64,000 bases of DNA from an uncultured Muribaculaceae bacterium (GCA_910576935.1 CAJTKG010000010.1:14918-78917); one strand, 5' to 3'. Counted from the first letter of the stretch, positions 12,029-22,197 are shown. Numbers and translations are program-made. The notes: generated by a model not told the origin, from the sequence alone.

Positions 12029-13657
12029 TTAACGGTCCATATCGGGGACAATGTAGTCGAGCGAGCCTCCGATTGTAATGAGGTCGGCAATCTTTGTGCC
12101 GCGTGTGATATGATCGACCACACCGGCAAGCGGCAGACACGGAGGTGCGATTTTGAGACGATAGGGCTTGGTTGAGCCATCACTCTCGAGATAGATGCCG
12201 AAAGCACCGCGGCAGCCCTCTACGAGTTCAAACCAATGGCCTGCGGGCAGTTTGAGCATCTTCGGCACTTTGACGCAATATTCGCCGTCGGGTATATTGT
12301 CGACAAGCTGCGACAGTATCTTGGCCGACTCTTCCATCTCGCGGATGCGCACCTTGAAGCGGGCCATCGAGTCTCCTTCGGTAGCGGTTACTTCTTCAAA
12401 GTCAAGTTCGGGATAAATGCTGTAGGGCCGGAGTTTTCGTATGTCACATGCCCAGTCGGAAGCACGTCCCGACGGACCGGTGACAGCATAGCTGATAGCG
12501 TCTTCACGGCTAAGTACGCCGACGCCCTCCATGCGGTTTTTAGCGATGACGTTGCCGGTGAATATCTTGTTGTATTCCTTGATGTTTGCGGGAAGGACGG
12601 CGAGAAGCGCTTTAACGTCGTCGGCGAAATCGGGAGCGAGATCCTGCATTACACCGCCGATACAGTCATAGTTGAATGTCATTCGCGCGCCACATGTTTT
12701 CTCCATGATGTCGAGTATCTGCTCTCGGACACGCAGCGTGTAGAACAGCATCGTCGTTGCGCCGAGGTCCATGCAATATGTGCCGATAAAGAGACAGTGT
12801 GAGGCGATACGCGAAAGCTCGTCCATCATGACTCTTATGACCTGGGCCCGGCGCGAGATTTCGATGCCGGCGGCCTTCTCGATGACCATGCAGAGACCGT
12901 GGTGATAGTTGTGGGCCGAGAAATAGTCGAGACGGTCCATATAATGGAGAGTCTGGGGATATGTCAGCGATTCGCACAGTTTTTCGACGCCTCGGTGTAT
13001 ATAGCCCATATAGACATCGATTTTCTTTATCGTCTCGCCGTCGACAGCCGTGCGGAAACGTAGCACACCGTGAGTGGCGGGATGCTGCGGGCCGATGTTT
13101 ACGACAAAATCACCGGGATGGAAGACTTCGACCTCTTTTTTCTCGACTGTGCCATCGGGAAGCTCGATATATGTGTCGGTAAAGTCACTTTGACGTTCGT
13201 TTTCGGTAGAGACGGGATTAAGTGCCGGATCAGCGTCATAATCTTTGCGCAGCGGAAACCCTTTCCAGTCAATGTTCAGGAAAAGACGGCGCATGTCGGG
13301 ATTGCCGATGAATATAATGCCGAAAAAGTCATAGACTTCGCGCTCATAAAGACAAGCGACACCCCACAGGTCGGCGACCGAGTGAAGCATCGGTTTCTCG
13401 CGGTCAGATGTCTTCACCGTCACGGCTACTATCTGATTATATTTAGACGACATCAGGTAATAGATGCATCCAAGAGCGTCGGTCCAGTCCATGCCGACAA
13501 TTGTGACGAGATAGTCCATAAGGATATCCTCGTCATCGCGGAGAGTCTTGGCGGCCTGATGCCACTGAGCGTCGGCGATTTCGATTTCAATGATGCCGTT
13601 TGAGGCTTCAGTCGCCTGAGGGAACAGCTTGGCAATCTTGTCGTTTAACTTTGACAT
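12029..13657 (-). CDS. nuoCD: NADH-quinone oxidoreductase fused subunit C/D
   Basis: 542 aa. The N-terminal part is NuoC-like (YEREVYDFFGI). The C-terminal part is NuoD-like (GPQHPATHGVLRF, ending DIVPDMDR). Confidence 0.95.
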   Translation of the reverse strand: MSKLNDKIAKLFPQATEASNGIIEIEIADAQWHQAAKTLRDDEDILMDYLVTIVGMDWTDALGCIYYLMSSKYNQIVAVTVKTSDREKPMLHSVADLWGVACLYEREVYDFFGIIFIGNPDMRRLFLNIDWKGFPLRKDYDADPALNPVSTENERQSDFTDTYIELPDGTVEKKEVEVFHPGDFVVNIGPQHPATHGVLRFRTAVDGETIKKIDVYMGYIHRGVEKLCESLTYPQTLHYMDRLDYFSAHNYHHGLCMVIEKAAGIEISRRAQVIRVMMDELSRIASHCLFIGTYCMDLGATTMLFYTLRVREQILDIMEKTCGARMTFNYDCIGGVMQDLAPDFADDVKALLAVLPANIKEYNKIFTGNVIAKNRMEGVGVLSREDAISYAVTGPSGRASDWACDIRKLRPYSIYPELDFEEVTATEGDSMARFKVRIREMEESAKILSQLVDNIPDGEYCVKVPKMLKLPAGHWFELVEGCRGAFGIYLESDGSTKPYRLKIAPPCLPLAGVVDHITRGTKIADLITIGGSLDYIVPDMDR

Positions 13658-13713
13658 ATTTATGATTGGTCTTTCGGTTTTACTTATTGATTTAAGAATA
13701 TATCGGCTGAATG

Positions 13714-14322
13714 TCAGTCGGCTACACCCTCGACGGGATGCTCTGCCAAAAACTGTTTCTGTTTTTCCTGACGGTTTACTCCGCCAAAGAATTTCTCAAC
13801 CTTGATCTTTCTTGAAAGCTGCATAATGCCATATATCATGGCTTCGGGACGGGGAGGACAGCCGGGAACAAAGACGTCGACCGGAACGATGTCCTCTATA
13901 CCTTTGGCCACATGATAGCTGCGACGGAACGGACCGCCTGAAATAGCACAGCTGCCACAGGCTATGACATACTTTGGTTCGGCCAACTGGTCATACAGAC
14001 GACGGAATACAGGTACCATGCGGTTGACAATAGTACCGGCAACCATCATGAAGTCGGCCTGACGGGGCGAAGCTCGCGCTACTTCCCAGCCAAAGCGCGC
14101 CATGTCGAAACGGGCAGCGCCAAGCGACACGAATTCGATGCCGCAGCAACTGGTGGCGAAAGTGAGTGGCCAGAGTGAGTTAGACCGCCCCCAGTTGATA
14201 AGTTTGTCGAGCGAGCCGACGATAATATTCGTACCGCTGGCTTTCAGCTCATCTACGAGTTTTTCTATATACTCGTTATCTTTGAATGCCTCATAGGGCA
14301 TGCTTTTAGTTGTTACTTCCAT
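13714..14322 (-). CDS. nuoB: NADH-quinone oxidoreductase subunit B
   Basis: SCCGIEF and GCPPRPEA N2-cluster motifs. The start is ambiguous: 14322 overlaps nuoA, and the ATG at 14301 (MPYEAF) is an alternative. Confidence 0.93.
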   Translation of the reverse strand: MEVTTKSMPYEAFKDNEYIEKLVDELKASGTNIIVGSLDKLINWGRSNSLWPLTFATSCCGIEFVSLGAARFDMARFGWEVARASPRQADFMMVAGTIVNRMVPVFRRLYDQLAEPKYVIACGSCAISGGPFRRSYHVAKGIEDIVPVDVFVPGCPPRPEAMIYGIMQLSRKIKVEKFFGGVNRQEKQKQFLAEHPVEGVAD

Positions 14323-14693
14323 TCAAGAGCTCCTTTCCGCCAGGCATAGATAAGTCCCAGCACCAAAACACCGAAAAATACAGCGATACTTATAAGCCCC
14401 TGCACGCCGAGCTCGCGCATTCTGACAGCCCAAGGGAAAAGGAACACTGTTTCGACGTCGAACATAAGAAAAAGAATAGCAAACAGATAGTAGCCTACCT
14501 TAAATTGCGACATACTTTCGCCGCGAGTCGGGATACCGCACTCATAAGCCTCACCCTTCTGTGGGTTGAACGACCTCGGTGAAATCAGGCCGGCGATCCA
14601 CATGGCGAGCGCCACGAGAGCGAAACCGGTCAGCAAGGCTGTCACGGCAAGCAGCCCGTTGTTTGTGATTCCGAAAATGTCTAATGTTATCAT
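14313..14693 (-). CDS. nuoA: NADH-quinone oxidoreductase subunit A
   Basis: 126 aa, 3-TM protein with YECG and FDVE motifs. It is the first gene of the cluster. Confidence 0.9.
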   Translation of the reverse strand: MITLDIFGITNNGLLAVTALLTGFALVALAMWIAGLISPRSFNPQKGEAYECGIPTRGESMSQFKVGYYLFAILFLMFDVETVFLFPWAVRMRELGVQGLISIAVFFGVLVLGLIYAWRKGALEWK

Positions 14694-14782
14694 ATTGCTT
14701 TACAGTAGTTTTTTACAGCATAACACATTGAAAGCCACCGCAGCGAGCGTTTCGACACAAGCCGGGTTGCCTTAACTAAGCG

Positions 14783-14790
14783 CAAAGATA
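14783..14790 (-). promoter_or_regulatory. Bacteroidetes-type -7 box (TATCTTTG) upstream of nuoA
   Basis: caaagata on the plus strand equals TAnnTTTG on the minus strand, about 90 nt upstream of the nuoA ATG. I saw no comparable box in the nuoH-atpD or atpG-nuoI gaps. Confidence 0.35.
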
Positions 14791-14871
14791 GTTATTTTTT
14801 CGCAAAAAGCACCAATGGCATTTAACTTTTTGTGACATATTTTCTCCAAATAAGACAATAAACAAGACCGA

Positions 14872-14910
14872 CCGTCAAAAGAAAACGCCGATATATCCAT
14901 ATCGACGTTT
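14872..14910 (-). terminator. Rho-independent terminator after the lipoprotein gene
   Basis: The minus strand reads gaaacgtcgatat-ggat-atatcggcgttttcttttg: an 11-bp stem with one mismatch, followed by a T-run. Confidence 0.55.
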
Positions 14911-14937
14911 CTTTCGTATTTTATCGTGACTGTGGAA

Positions 14938-15780
14938 TCAACCTCGGTCTGTGTCGGCAACAACCTTATAAGGCTCTCCGTTGTAACCGCATGTAAATTC
15001 GAGATCAAACCCCGTGGCGAAATCAAGTGTGGCCTTGAGACCGGTGATAGGGAAGCGGGGGAAAGGAGTGCCGCCGAACGAAGGAGTCAGACTTGCGGCA
15101 GTAAGGATGTATTTATCTCCGTCTTTGGTATATGGCACGGCGTCAAACGCAAGATTCAGCTTGGGCATGCCCTCGATAAAGCTTGCGCCGAAGATCTCGA
15201 CCGTTGCTGTCGAGGATGAGCTGTTGAGTGTGACTACATATTTTGTATCCTCATTGGTAAATGTTGCGCCACCGGGAGCGGTAGTAATAGTAGTGCCTTT
15301 ATAAACAGGCCCATATACACGAGACTGACCATTGACAACAAAGTCATAGAAAAAGCCGGGAGTATATGCGCCCTGGTTCGAATACTGATCTTTAATAGCA
15401 ATATTGAATGTCTCGAACATCGGAACATTGCCGAATCCGTCGACGGTAGGCATCACATTAACAGCATCGGTCACCTTCCAGTAATCTTTGATAGACCAGG
15501 CGAGTTTGTCGAATTTCATGAGAGGCAACTGGCTGCCGTCGGCCAGCTTCATGCCCAATATCTGAACATCCGACGTATTGCCTTTGTAATCATATACCAG
15601 CGAAAACGACAGGTCGCAGAATGAAACCGAGCCCGGATTGTCGAGTGACTCGACCACCGATGTCATTTTGGTAATAGTCTGACCGGTGAGCATTTCATTG
15701 TTATCGTCACTGTTGCATGACGAAAGAGCCACGGCCGCAGTCAAAGCCGCGGCAAGGCTAAGGAATGTTAGTTTTTTCAT
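14938..15780 (-). CDS. Hypothetical surface lipoprotein (partner of the upstream TonB-dependent receptor)
   Basis: Lipoprotein signal peptide with lipobox (AVALSSC NSDD). The protein is beta-rich, and I did not recognise a family. Confidence 0.6.
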   Translation of the reverse strand: MKKLTFLSLAAALTAAVALSSCNSDDNNEMLTGQTITKMTSVVESLDNPGSVSFCDLSFSLVYDYKGNTSDVQILGMKLADGSQLPLMKFDKLAWSIKDYWKVTDAVNVMPTVDGFGNVPMFETFNIAIKDQYSNQGAYTPGFFYDFVVNGQSRVYGPVYKGTTITTAPGGATFTNEDTKYVVTLNSSSSTATVEIFGASFIEGMPKLNLAFDAVPYTKDGDKYILTAASLTPSFGGTPFPRFPITGLKATLDFATGFDLEFTCGYNGEPYKVVADTDRG

Positions 15781-15811
15781 CTTACTTCTATATAATCTTA
15801 TTTTTCCGATA

Positions 15812-15819
15812 CAAAAATA
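15812..15819 (-). promoter_or_regulatory. -7 box (TATTTTTG) upstream of lipoprotein gene
   Basis: caaaaata on the plus strand, 31 nt upstream of the ATG at 15780. Confidence 0.3.
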
Positions 15820-15890
15820 GACATTAGAGTCTGATCGTCATACACCGCTATCGATAATTTATAATAATTTAATGTCAATTACCCTAATAT

Positions 15891-18119
15891 TTATAAATTA
15901 TATCGCAGCGTGACGCTGAACCGGCGAGGGTGGCCCTGCTGATAGAATGTGTTGCCGATCGAAACAAACCGGAAAGTCGAATAACGCGTCGATGTCAGAT
16001 TGGCACCGGCGACCCTGACACTCCAATCCTTGTGTTCAAGAGCCAGCGAAGCCCCGAGAAGCGCGTAGAATTTCTGGTAAGACGAATTGCTCTCGTCCCA
16101 ATATATATTGCCGGCGCCGCGACAATCGACACTTAGCGAGGGTGTGGCACCGACGAGAGTCACGGGAAAACGATAAGTGGCGCCGGCAAAAAGAGTGTTT
16201 GCCGGCGCGTAGGGAAGTCTGCGCCCGGCATAATCGCCACGGCTGTCTGAAAATCTCGTGAATGTAGCTTTGGTATATCCGTAGCTCAGACGCAGACTCA
16301 GACGGTCGTCGGGAAGATAAACTACCGACAACTCGGCGCCCCGCGAAATCGTGCGGCCCGCATTAGTCATGATACGCCCCGTTACCGTTCCCGGCGGGAA
16401 CATCGTAAGCTGCTGATTGCGGCAAAGGATATAGAAACCGACGACATCGACGCCGAGACGACCGTCAAGCCACTCTGTCTTGACGCCTCCTTCAAAGTTC
16501 CAACTCTTTTCGGGCTTATAGCTGACAATATCCTCGAGCGAGTAATTCATCGACAGCCCCATAAATTGCATGACTCTCTGCTGGAGGACATCGCTGAACA
16601 TCTGGGTGTTGAAACCTCCCGATTTGTATGCCTTGGCCGCCGACACATACGCGCGCCAACCGTCGGCGTTATAAGCTACACTGACTTCCGGCAAAAGTTC
16701 GATATAGGTCTTGCTGAGACTGCCGCGGTCATCTATGTTGACCCGCCGGTGACTGTATAGCTCGCGACTGCCGTCAGACAGAATGTGATAGGTGCTGAAG
16801 CCGGTGTCACAGAAACTATGATGGTCAAGCGTATGCTTCTCGAGGTCAAACCTCAGGCCACCTTGAAATTCCCATGGCCCGAGATTGTATGTACTCTGAT
16901 GATACAGGGCAAAAGCGCCTGTCACCATATCGAAGTCACTATCAAGCACAAAATTACGGCTGTCCCATTCGATCGGATAATCGGGATTGACACTGTTGCG
17001 GCGCTCCTCGATCAGACGGCCGATGCCTTCATCCTTAAACGTCACCGGCGCCTGCATCGATGATCGGCGCCAAAGGCCGAAGACTCCGCCAAGCCAGCTA
17101 TATGCCCTGCGCGTACCTTTTGTAAACAGATCTTGAGTGACGGCCCATTCGCGACGTTTCTGTGTCAACGTGAAATAATCGAGCGGCGTAAAGTCTTGAT
17201 CGAGCGTCATATTGTCGTCAAGATACTGCAGTGACGTGATAGATGTCACTACCACGCGTTTGCCGGCCCATGCCACCGTCAGACCGTCGGAAAAGGTCGT
17301 GCGCCGGTAGAAGCATGTATCGTTGTAGGCTATTTGTCCCGTTTCAGCCGACGCGTATGGATATCCGTTCTGCCGGGCAATAGAGAGAGAGGCCACATTG
17401 GTGAGCGAAAGCCATTTGTGAGGTCGCCGGGAGAGTTTCCACCGTACTGCTCCGCCATGGTCGCCACCGATGCGCGAATTGTTATATCTGTTTCTGAAAA
17501 AACCGTCAGAGCGATAATATCGTGCAGTCAGAGCAGACGCCCATGAAGGCGAAAAACGGTGATACCAGCCGGCTCCGGCCTTGAATGAATTGGCGCTGCC
17601 ATATTCAGCCTCGAGCCTCACGCCCTGCGTCGTCCACGGCGAGCGCGTATAAACGTTGATCTGACCGCCCATGGTGTTGCGGCCGTTCAACAGCGACTGT
17701 GCTCCGCGAAGCACCTCGATGCGCTCTATGTCAAAGACATCGAAGTCATATGCGTCTTTATTGAGCACCGGCACATTGTCTATATTAAGCCCCACGACAG
17801 GCTGATCCATGCGCGCACCGAGGCCTCGGACATATACAGACGATGTCATACGCGAACCATAGTCTGGCATATAGAAGTTAGGCGCCATCTCACTTATATC
17901 CTTGACCGCCGATATTCCATAGCGGCTTATCATCGCCGGCGTTATCGATGTAGTCGCCGTGATCTCGGCCGAAGGCAGCTGTTTGACACCGACAACCTCA
18001 AAGCCTGCAAGCGTGCGATGCCGGGACGATGTCGTGTCAGATGACTCCGACGCTCCGGCAGCGAAAGCCGTCAGGACGACAGCCGCCAACAGGCACATAT
18101 AATAATTAGTATAGCTCAT
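15891..18119 (-). CDS. TonB-dependent outer-membrane receptor
   Basis: Plug domain (IERIEVLRGAQSLLNGRNTMGGQINVYT) followed by a long beta-barrel. The track ORF begins at 18158, but the ATG at 18119 (MSYTNYYMCLLAAVVL) or 18098 fits a signal peptide better. Confidence 0.88.
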   Translation of the reverse strand: MSYTNYYMCLLAAVVLTAFAAGASESSDTTSSRHRTLAGFEVVGVKQLPSAEITATTSITPAMISRYGISAVKDISEMAPNFYMPDYGSRMTSSVYVRGLGARMDQPVVGLNIDNVPVLNKDAYDFDVFDIERIEVLRGAQSLLNGRNTMGGQINVYTRSPWTTQGVRLEAEYGSANSFKAGAGWYHRFSPSWASALTARYYRSDGFFRNRYNNSRIGGDHGGAVRWKLSRRPHKWLSLTNVASLSIARQNGYPYASAETGQIAYNDTCFYRRTTFSDGLTVAWAGKRVVVTSITSLQYLDDNMTLDQDFTPLDYFTLTQKRREWAVTQDLFTKGTRRAYSWLGGVFGLWRRSSMQAPVTFKDEGIGRLIEERRNSVNPDYPIEWDSRNFVLDSDFDMVTGAFALYHQSTYNLGPWEFQGGLRFDLEKHTLDHHSFCDTGFSTYHILSDGSRELYSHRRVNIDDRGSLSKTYIELLPEVSVAYNADGWRAYVSAAKAYKSGGFNTQMFSDVLQQRVMQFMGLSMNYSLEDIVSYKPEKSWNFEGGVKTEWLDGRLGVDVVGFYILCRNQQLTMFPPGTVTGRIMTNAGRTISRGAELSVVYLPDDRLSLRLSYGYTKATFTRFSDSRGDYAGRRLPYAPANTLFAGATYRFPVTLVGATPSLSVDCRGAGNIYWDESNSSYQKFYALLGASLALEHKDWSVRVAGANLTSTRYSTFRFVSIGNTFYQQGHPRRFSVTLRYNL

Positions 18120-18127
18120 TTCTGATA

Positions 18128-18135
18128 CAAAGATA
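18128..18135 (-). promoter_or_regulatory. -7 box (TATCTTTG) upstream of TonB-dependent receptor
   Basis: caaagata on the plus strand, 8 nt from the ATG at 18119 and 29 nt from the ATG at 18098. Confidence 0.3.
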
Positions 18136-18215
18136 AGGTAAATCCATATCATAACCATCTACTGTGTTTAAATATTTTTTACTATGCCTGTGCCGCGTCT
18201 ATAAAAAAATATCAT

Positions 18216-18223
18216 TAACTTTG
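18216..18223 (+). promoter_or_regulatory. -7 box (TAACTTTG) upstream of ECF sigma gene
   Basis: TAnnTTTG match 40 nt upstream of the ATG at 18264. Confidence 0.35.
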
Positions 18224-18263
18224 AAACTCAAAATCATAATCACATCTTTTATCACTCCAACAA

Positions 18264-18821
18264 ATGGCTTCACTTCCCAAAGAAAACGACGATCTAGTCA
18301 AGCGGCTCCGCGAGCCGTCGACCTGTCGATCGGCATTCAACGAAGTGATAAAGATATACTCGGAGCCTCTATACTGGCAGATACGTCGTCTTGTCGGGTC
18401 CCACGAAGATTCCAATGATCTGCTACAGAACACATTCATGAAGGCATGGTCATCCATTGAAAACTTTCGTGGCGACGCCAAGCTCTCAACCTGGCTCTAT
18501 AAAATCGCTATCAACGAAAGCATAACATTCCTTGAGCGCGAGCGCAAACGCCTCAACATATCACTCGACGATCAGGAAGCGTCGCTGGCAAACACCATAG
18601 AAGCCGACACACATATCGACGGCGACGAACTCGCACTGAAACTGCGCAAAGCTATCGCCGGACTTCCCGAAAAGCAGCGTATTGTATTCAATATGAAGTA
18701 TTTCGACGACATGAAATACGAAGACATCTCAAATATACTCGGCACAAGCGTAGGCGCCCTGAAAGCCTCATATCATCTCGCAGTCAAAAAAATCGAAAAC
18801 TTTTTTTCAGAAAACGATTAA
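18264..18821 (+). CDS. ECF-type RNA polymerase sigma-70 family factor
   Basis: 185 aa with region 2 (DLLQNTFMKAWSSIENFRGDAKLSTWLYKIAINE) and region 4 (YEDISNILGTSVGALKASYHLAVKKI). Confidence 0.92.
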   Translation: MASLPKENDDLVKRLREPSTCRSAFNEVIKIYSEPLYWQIRRLVGSHEDSNDLLQNTFMKAWSSIENFRGDAKLSTWLYKIAINESITFLERERKRLNISLDDQEASLANTIEADTHIDGDELALKLRKAIAGLPEKQRIVFNMKYFDDMKYEDISNILGTSVGALKASYHLAVKKIENFFSEND

Positions 18822-18864
18822 ACCCTTTAGCCCGACATATGTCAAATTTACAGAAGCACTAAAA

Positions 18865-19308
18865 ATGAAACAGACCTCTGACATATTGACCAAGCTCGAC
18901 CACCGTGACGGTATGACCGTTCCCGACGGTTATTTTGAAGACTTCGCCAAGCGTATGTCGGCTATGCTGCCTGAACGCCCCGAGGCCGAGTCGGCAGTCA
19001 GGATTCTCGAGCGTCCGACCCTTTGGACACGTATACGACCTTATGTCTATATGGCCGCCATGTTCGCCGGCGTATGGTGTATGCTCAAGATGTTCACACT
19101 GATGAGCGGCGCCGACGGCCGCAATACTATCGACAGCAACCCTATACTCGCCGAAGCCGTATCTGACGAAAGCTTTATAAACGAATATGTCATCGATGAC
19201 ATCAATCAATGGGATCTCCTCGACGAGATGCAGCTCGACGGCTTCGACGCCGCCACACTCGACTCACTCGACGCCCTGTTTGCTTCAGACCAATACAATA
19301 ATTTCTGA
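18865..19308 (+). CDS. Small single-pass membrane protein, possible anti-sigma factor
   Basis: 147 aa with one TM helix (YVYMAAMFAGVWCMLKMFTL). It follows the sigma gene directly. No family was recognised. Confidence 0.45.
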   Translation: MKQTSDILTKLDHRDGMTVPDGYFEDFAKRMSAMLPERPEAESAVRILERPTLWTRIRPYVYMAAMFAGVWCMLKMFTLMSGADGRNTIDSNPILAEAVSDESFINEYVIDDINQWDLLDEMQLDGFDAATLDSLDALFASDQYNNF

Positions 19309-19309
19309 C

Positions 19310-19768
19310 ATGAACAGAATTTATATAATAATAGCCTTTCTTGTGACCGTTGTCACACAGGCAACAGCCCAACCTCGCCAGATTCCGGAAAACCGCGAGC
19401 GCTGGAAAAGCGAGTTGCGTAGCTACAAACATGATTTCATGTCCCGCGAACTTGATCTGTCGCGTGAACAGCAATCAAAATTCTTCCCTCTCTATGACCA
19501 GATGGAAGACTCGATCGAGCAAATAAATGCCGACACACGCGAACTCGAGAAACGCATAGGCGACAATGCCACCGACATCGAGACCGAAGCCGCCGCCCGT
19601 GCCCTCTTCGAACAAAAAAGCCGCGAAGGGCAACTCGAACTCGAATACTTCGACTCATTCAAAACCATCTTGACCCCACGACAATTGTTGAAGATCAAAA
19701 ACGCCGAACGCCAGTTCATGCGCCGGCTAATGCATCACAACCGACGGATGCAGAATTCACGCCAATAA
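19310..19768 (+). CDS. Periplasmic Spy/CpxP-like (LTxxQ-type) protein
   Basis: The ATG at 19310 (MNRIYIIIAFLVTVVTQATA) gives a signal peptide. The rest is helical and charged, with LSREQQSKF and LTPRQLLKI motifs. The track ORF start at 19187 overlaps the previous gene. Confidence 0.6.
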   Translation: MNRIYIIIAFLVTVVTQATAQPRQIPENRERWKSELRSYKHDFMSRELDLSREQQSKFFPLYDQMEDSIEQINADTRELEKRIGDNATDIETEAAARALFEQKSREGQLELEYFDSFKTILTPRQLLKIKNAERQFMRRLMHHNRRMQNSRQ

Positions 19769-19796
19769 AATGCAAAATATAATACAAACCCACAAC

Positions 19797-19831
19797 TCAG
19801 CGGATCTGAAATCAGAGCCGCTGATGTTTTT
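19797..19831 (+). terminator. Putative rho-independent terminator after the sigma trio
   Basis: tcagcggatctga-aa-tcagagccgctga followed by tgttttta. Confidence 0.45.
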
Positions 19832-19931
19832 ATTACACACACTTAATTGCATTACCGGAATTTATTGCTAATTTTACGGCGCTTTATCAAAAGCCGCTGT
19901 AATACTTACTAATAACAACCAAAACAAAGGC

Positions 19932-22043
19932 ATGAATAAAAACACAACCGCCCGGCTTGCCGCGGCAATTATGATTCCTTGTGCTATGCTGTGCTCGTGT
20001 TCACAGAAGAGTCAGCAGATCAAATCACCAGACGGAGAAATCATTGTCGACTTCGCAATGATTCATGACGGCACCCCATCCTACTCAGTAAAATTTCAAG
20101 GCAAAGACGTCATCAAACCATCGACACTCGGATTCGAGACTCTCGACAGTACTCAGAATTTCAGAAACGGATTCAAAATCGACTCAGTTACCACCTCTTC
20201 GTTTCATGAGGTATGGAGTCCGGTATGGGGTGAAAACGACTCCATCGACAACACCTATAATTCTCTGACTGCATGGCTATCGAACGATGATGTCCGCATG
20301 GCCGTCGAATTCCGTGTCTTCGACGACGGCGTAGGGTTACGCTATATATTCCCCGAGCAGAATATAAAAGAGATTCTTGTCAAAGAAGAGATGACCCAAT
20401 TCGCCATGCCCGGCGATATTACCGCGTGGTGGATTCCCGGCGACTACGACACTCAGGAATACCAATATACAAAATCACGTCTGAGTGAGATCAAGGACAA
20501 CATCGACAGCAGCATGATAGGCAACGTATCGCAGTCGGTATTCTCGCAGACAGGCGTACAGACCTCGCTGCAGCTCAAAAGCGACGACGGCATCTATATC
20601 AACCTCCACGAAGCCGCTCTGATCGATTATCCCGCGATGCATCTCAACCTCAACGACTCCACTATGGTGTTCACAAGCTGGCTCACCCCGGGTATACCTA
20701 CAGAAAAAGTACGCCTACAACTGCCCCGCACCACCCCGTGGCGTGTCGTCATGATAGGCGACAAGGCTACCGACATCCTCGCCTCAAACCTTGTCTACAA
20801 CCTCAACGAGCCCTGCGCCCTCGACGACACCTCCTGGATCAAACCCGTCAAGTATATGGGTGTATGGTGGGAAATGATTACCGGCAAGACTTCGTGGGCA
20901 TATTCCGACCTCGACAGCGTCGACCTCTCAACAATAGACTACAGCAAAGTGAAGCCCAACGGCAACCACGGTGCGAACAACGCCAACGTACGCCGCTATA
21001 TCGATTTCGCCGCTGAAAACGGCTTTGACCAACTGCTCATCGAAGGCTGGAACATCGGCTGGGAAGACTGGTTCGGCAAAGAAAAAGACTTTGTCTTCGA
21101 CTTTGTAACCCCCTACCCCGACTTCGACATCAAAGCCCTCAACGACTACGCCCATTCAAAAGGCATCCGTCTGATGATGCACCACGAGACTTCAGGTTCT
21201 GTCGACAACTACGAGCGACACATGGACGCCGCCTATGACCTCATGAACAAATACGGCTACAACGCCGTCAAGAGCGGTTACGTAGGCAACATCCTGCCCA
21301 AAGGCGACACCCACTATAGCCAGCGCATGGTCAACCACTACCTCGACGCTGTCAAACGCGCAGCCGACAAACACATAATGGTCAACGGCCATGAAGCCGT
21401 GCGTCCCACCGGTCTGGCCCGCACATATCCCAACCTCGTAGGCAACGAGAGCGCCCTCGGCACCGAATACCGTGTCATGGAGCCGGGCCATATGACGATA
21501 CTGCCCTTCACACGCCTCAAAGGCGGCCCGATGGACTTCACTCCCGGCATAGTCAAGATGAATATGGGCGACTTCGTCCCGGGCAGTCAGGACCATAAGA
21601 AAGCCACTGTCGCCAACCAGCTCGCGGCATATGTGACACTCTACTCACCACTGCAGATGGCGGCCGACATGCCCGAACACTATGCCGAGAAGATGGATGC
21701 CTTCCAATTCATCAAAGACGTGCCGGTAGACTGGAGCCGTTCGATCTATCTTGACGCCGAACCGGGCGAATTCATCATCGCCGCCCGCAAGGACAAAAAC
21801 AGCGACAACTGGTTTGTCGGCGGCACCACCGACAGCAACGCCCGCGAATACACCGTCAACCTCGACTTCCTGACCCCGGGCAAAACATACAAAGCGACCA
21901 TCTACCGCGACGCCGATGACGCAGACTATCAGAGCAACCCCGAGGCATACGTCATCGAGACACGCGACGTCACATCGGCCGACAGCATTGCTGTCAAAAT
22001 GGCCCGCGGCGGCGGCTTCGCCATTTCACTCATCGAACAATAA
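19932..22043 (+). CDS. Glycoside hydrolase family 97 (SusB-like alpha-glucosidase/alpha-galactosidase)
   Basis: 703 aa with a lipoprotein-like signal (AMLCSCSQ) and GH97-typical blocks EGWNIGWEDWFG, MMHHETSG, VNGHEAVRPTGLARTYPN and GNESALGTEY. Confidence 0.88.
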   Translation: MNKNTTARLAAAIMIPCAMLCSCSQKSQQIKSPDGEIIVDFAMIHDGTPSYSVKFQGKDVIKPSTLGFETLDSTQNFRNGFKIDSVTTSSFHEVWSPVWGENDSIDNTYNSLTAWLSNDDVRMAVEFRVFDDGVGLRYIFPEQNIKEILVKEEMTQFAMPGDITAWWIPGDYDTQEYQYTKSRLSEIKDNIDSSMIGNVSQSVFSQTGVQTSLQLKSDDGIYINLHEAALIDYPAMHLNLNDSTMVFTSWLTPGIPTEKVRLQLPRTTPWRVVMIGDKATDILASNLVYNLNEPCALDDTSWIKPVKYMGVWWEMITGKTSWAYSDLDSVDLSTIDYSKVKPNGNHGANNANVRRYIDFAAENGFDQLLIEGWNIGWEDWFGKEKDFVFDFVTPYPDFDIKALNDYAHSKGIRLMMHHETSGSVDNYERHMDAAYDLMNKYGYNAVKSGYVGNILPKGDTHYSQRMVNHYLDAVKRAADKHIMVNGHEAVRPTGLARTYPNLVGNESALGTEYRVMEPGHMTILPFTRLKGGPMDFTPGIVKMNMGDFVPGSQDHKKATVANQLAAYVTLYSPLQMAADMPEHYAEKMDAFQFIKDVPVDWSRSIYLDAEPGEFIIAARKDKNSDNWFVGGTTDSNAREYTVNLDFLTPGKTYKATIYRDADDADYQSNPEAYVIETRDVTSADSIAVKMARGGGFAISLIEQ

Positions 22044-22075
22044 CTACCCCCTCAACACAGTTTGACAAAATACCT

Positions 22076-22112
22076 AATCAGCTTCGGTATTTTTTACCGA
22101 AGCTGATTTTTT
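22076..22112 (+). terminator. Rho-independent terminator after GH97
   Basis: aatcagcttcggta-ttttt-taccgaagctgatt followed by a T-run. Confidence 0.7.
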
Positions 22113-22185
22113 ATACTCCACCCCGACACAGACCGAGCTAAAGACCCTAAAAATCAAGCCGCTTGCCCAAATAAGAAATAATTGC

Positions 22186-22193
22186 TAAATTTG
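22186..22193 (+). promoter_or_regulatory. -7 box (TAAATTTG) abutting the lysA start
   Basis: TAnnTTTG ends 4 nt before the ATG at 22198, which suggests a leaderless or near-leaderless transcript. Confidence 0.35.
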
Positions 22194-22197
22194 CGCC

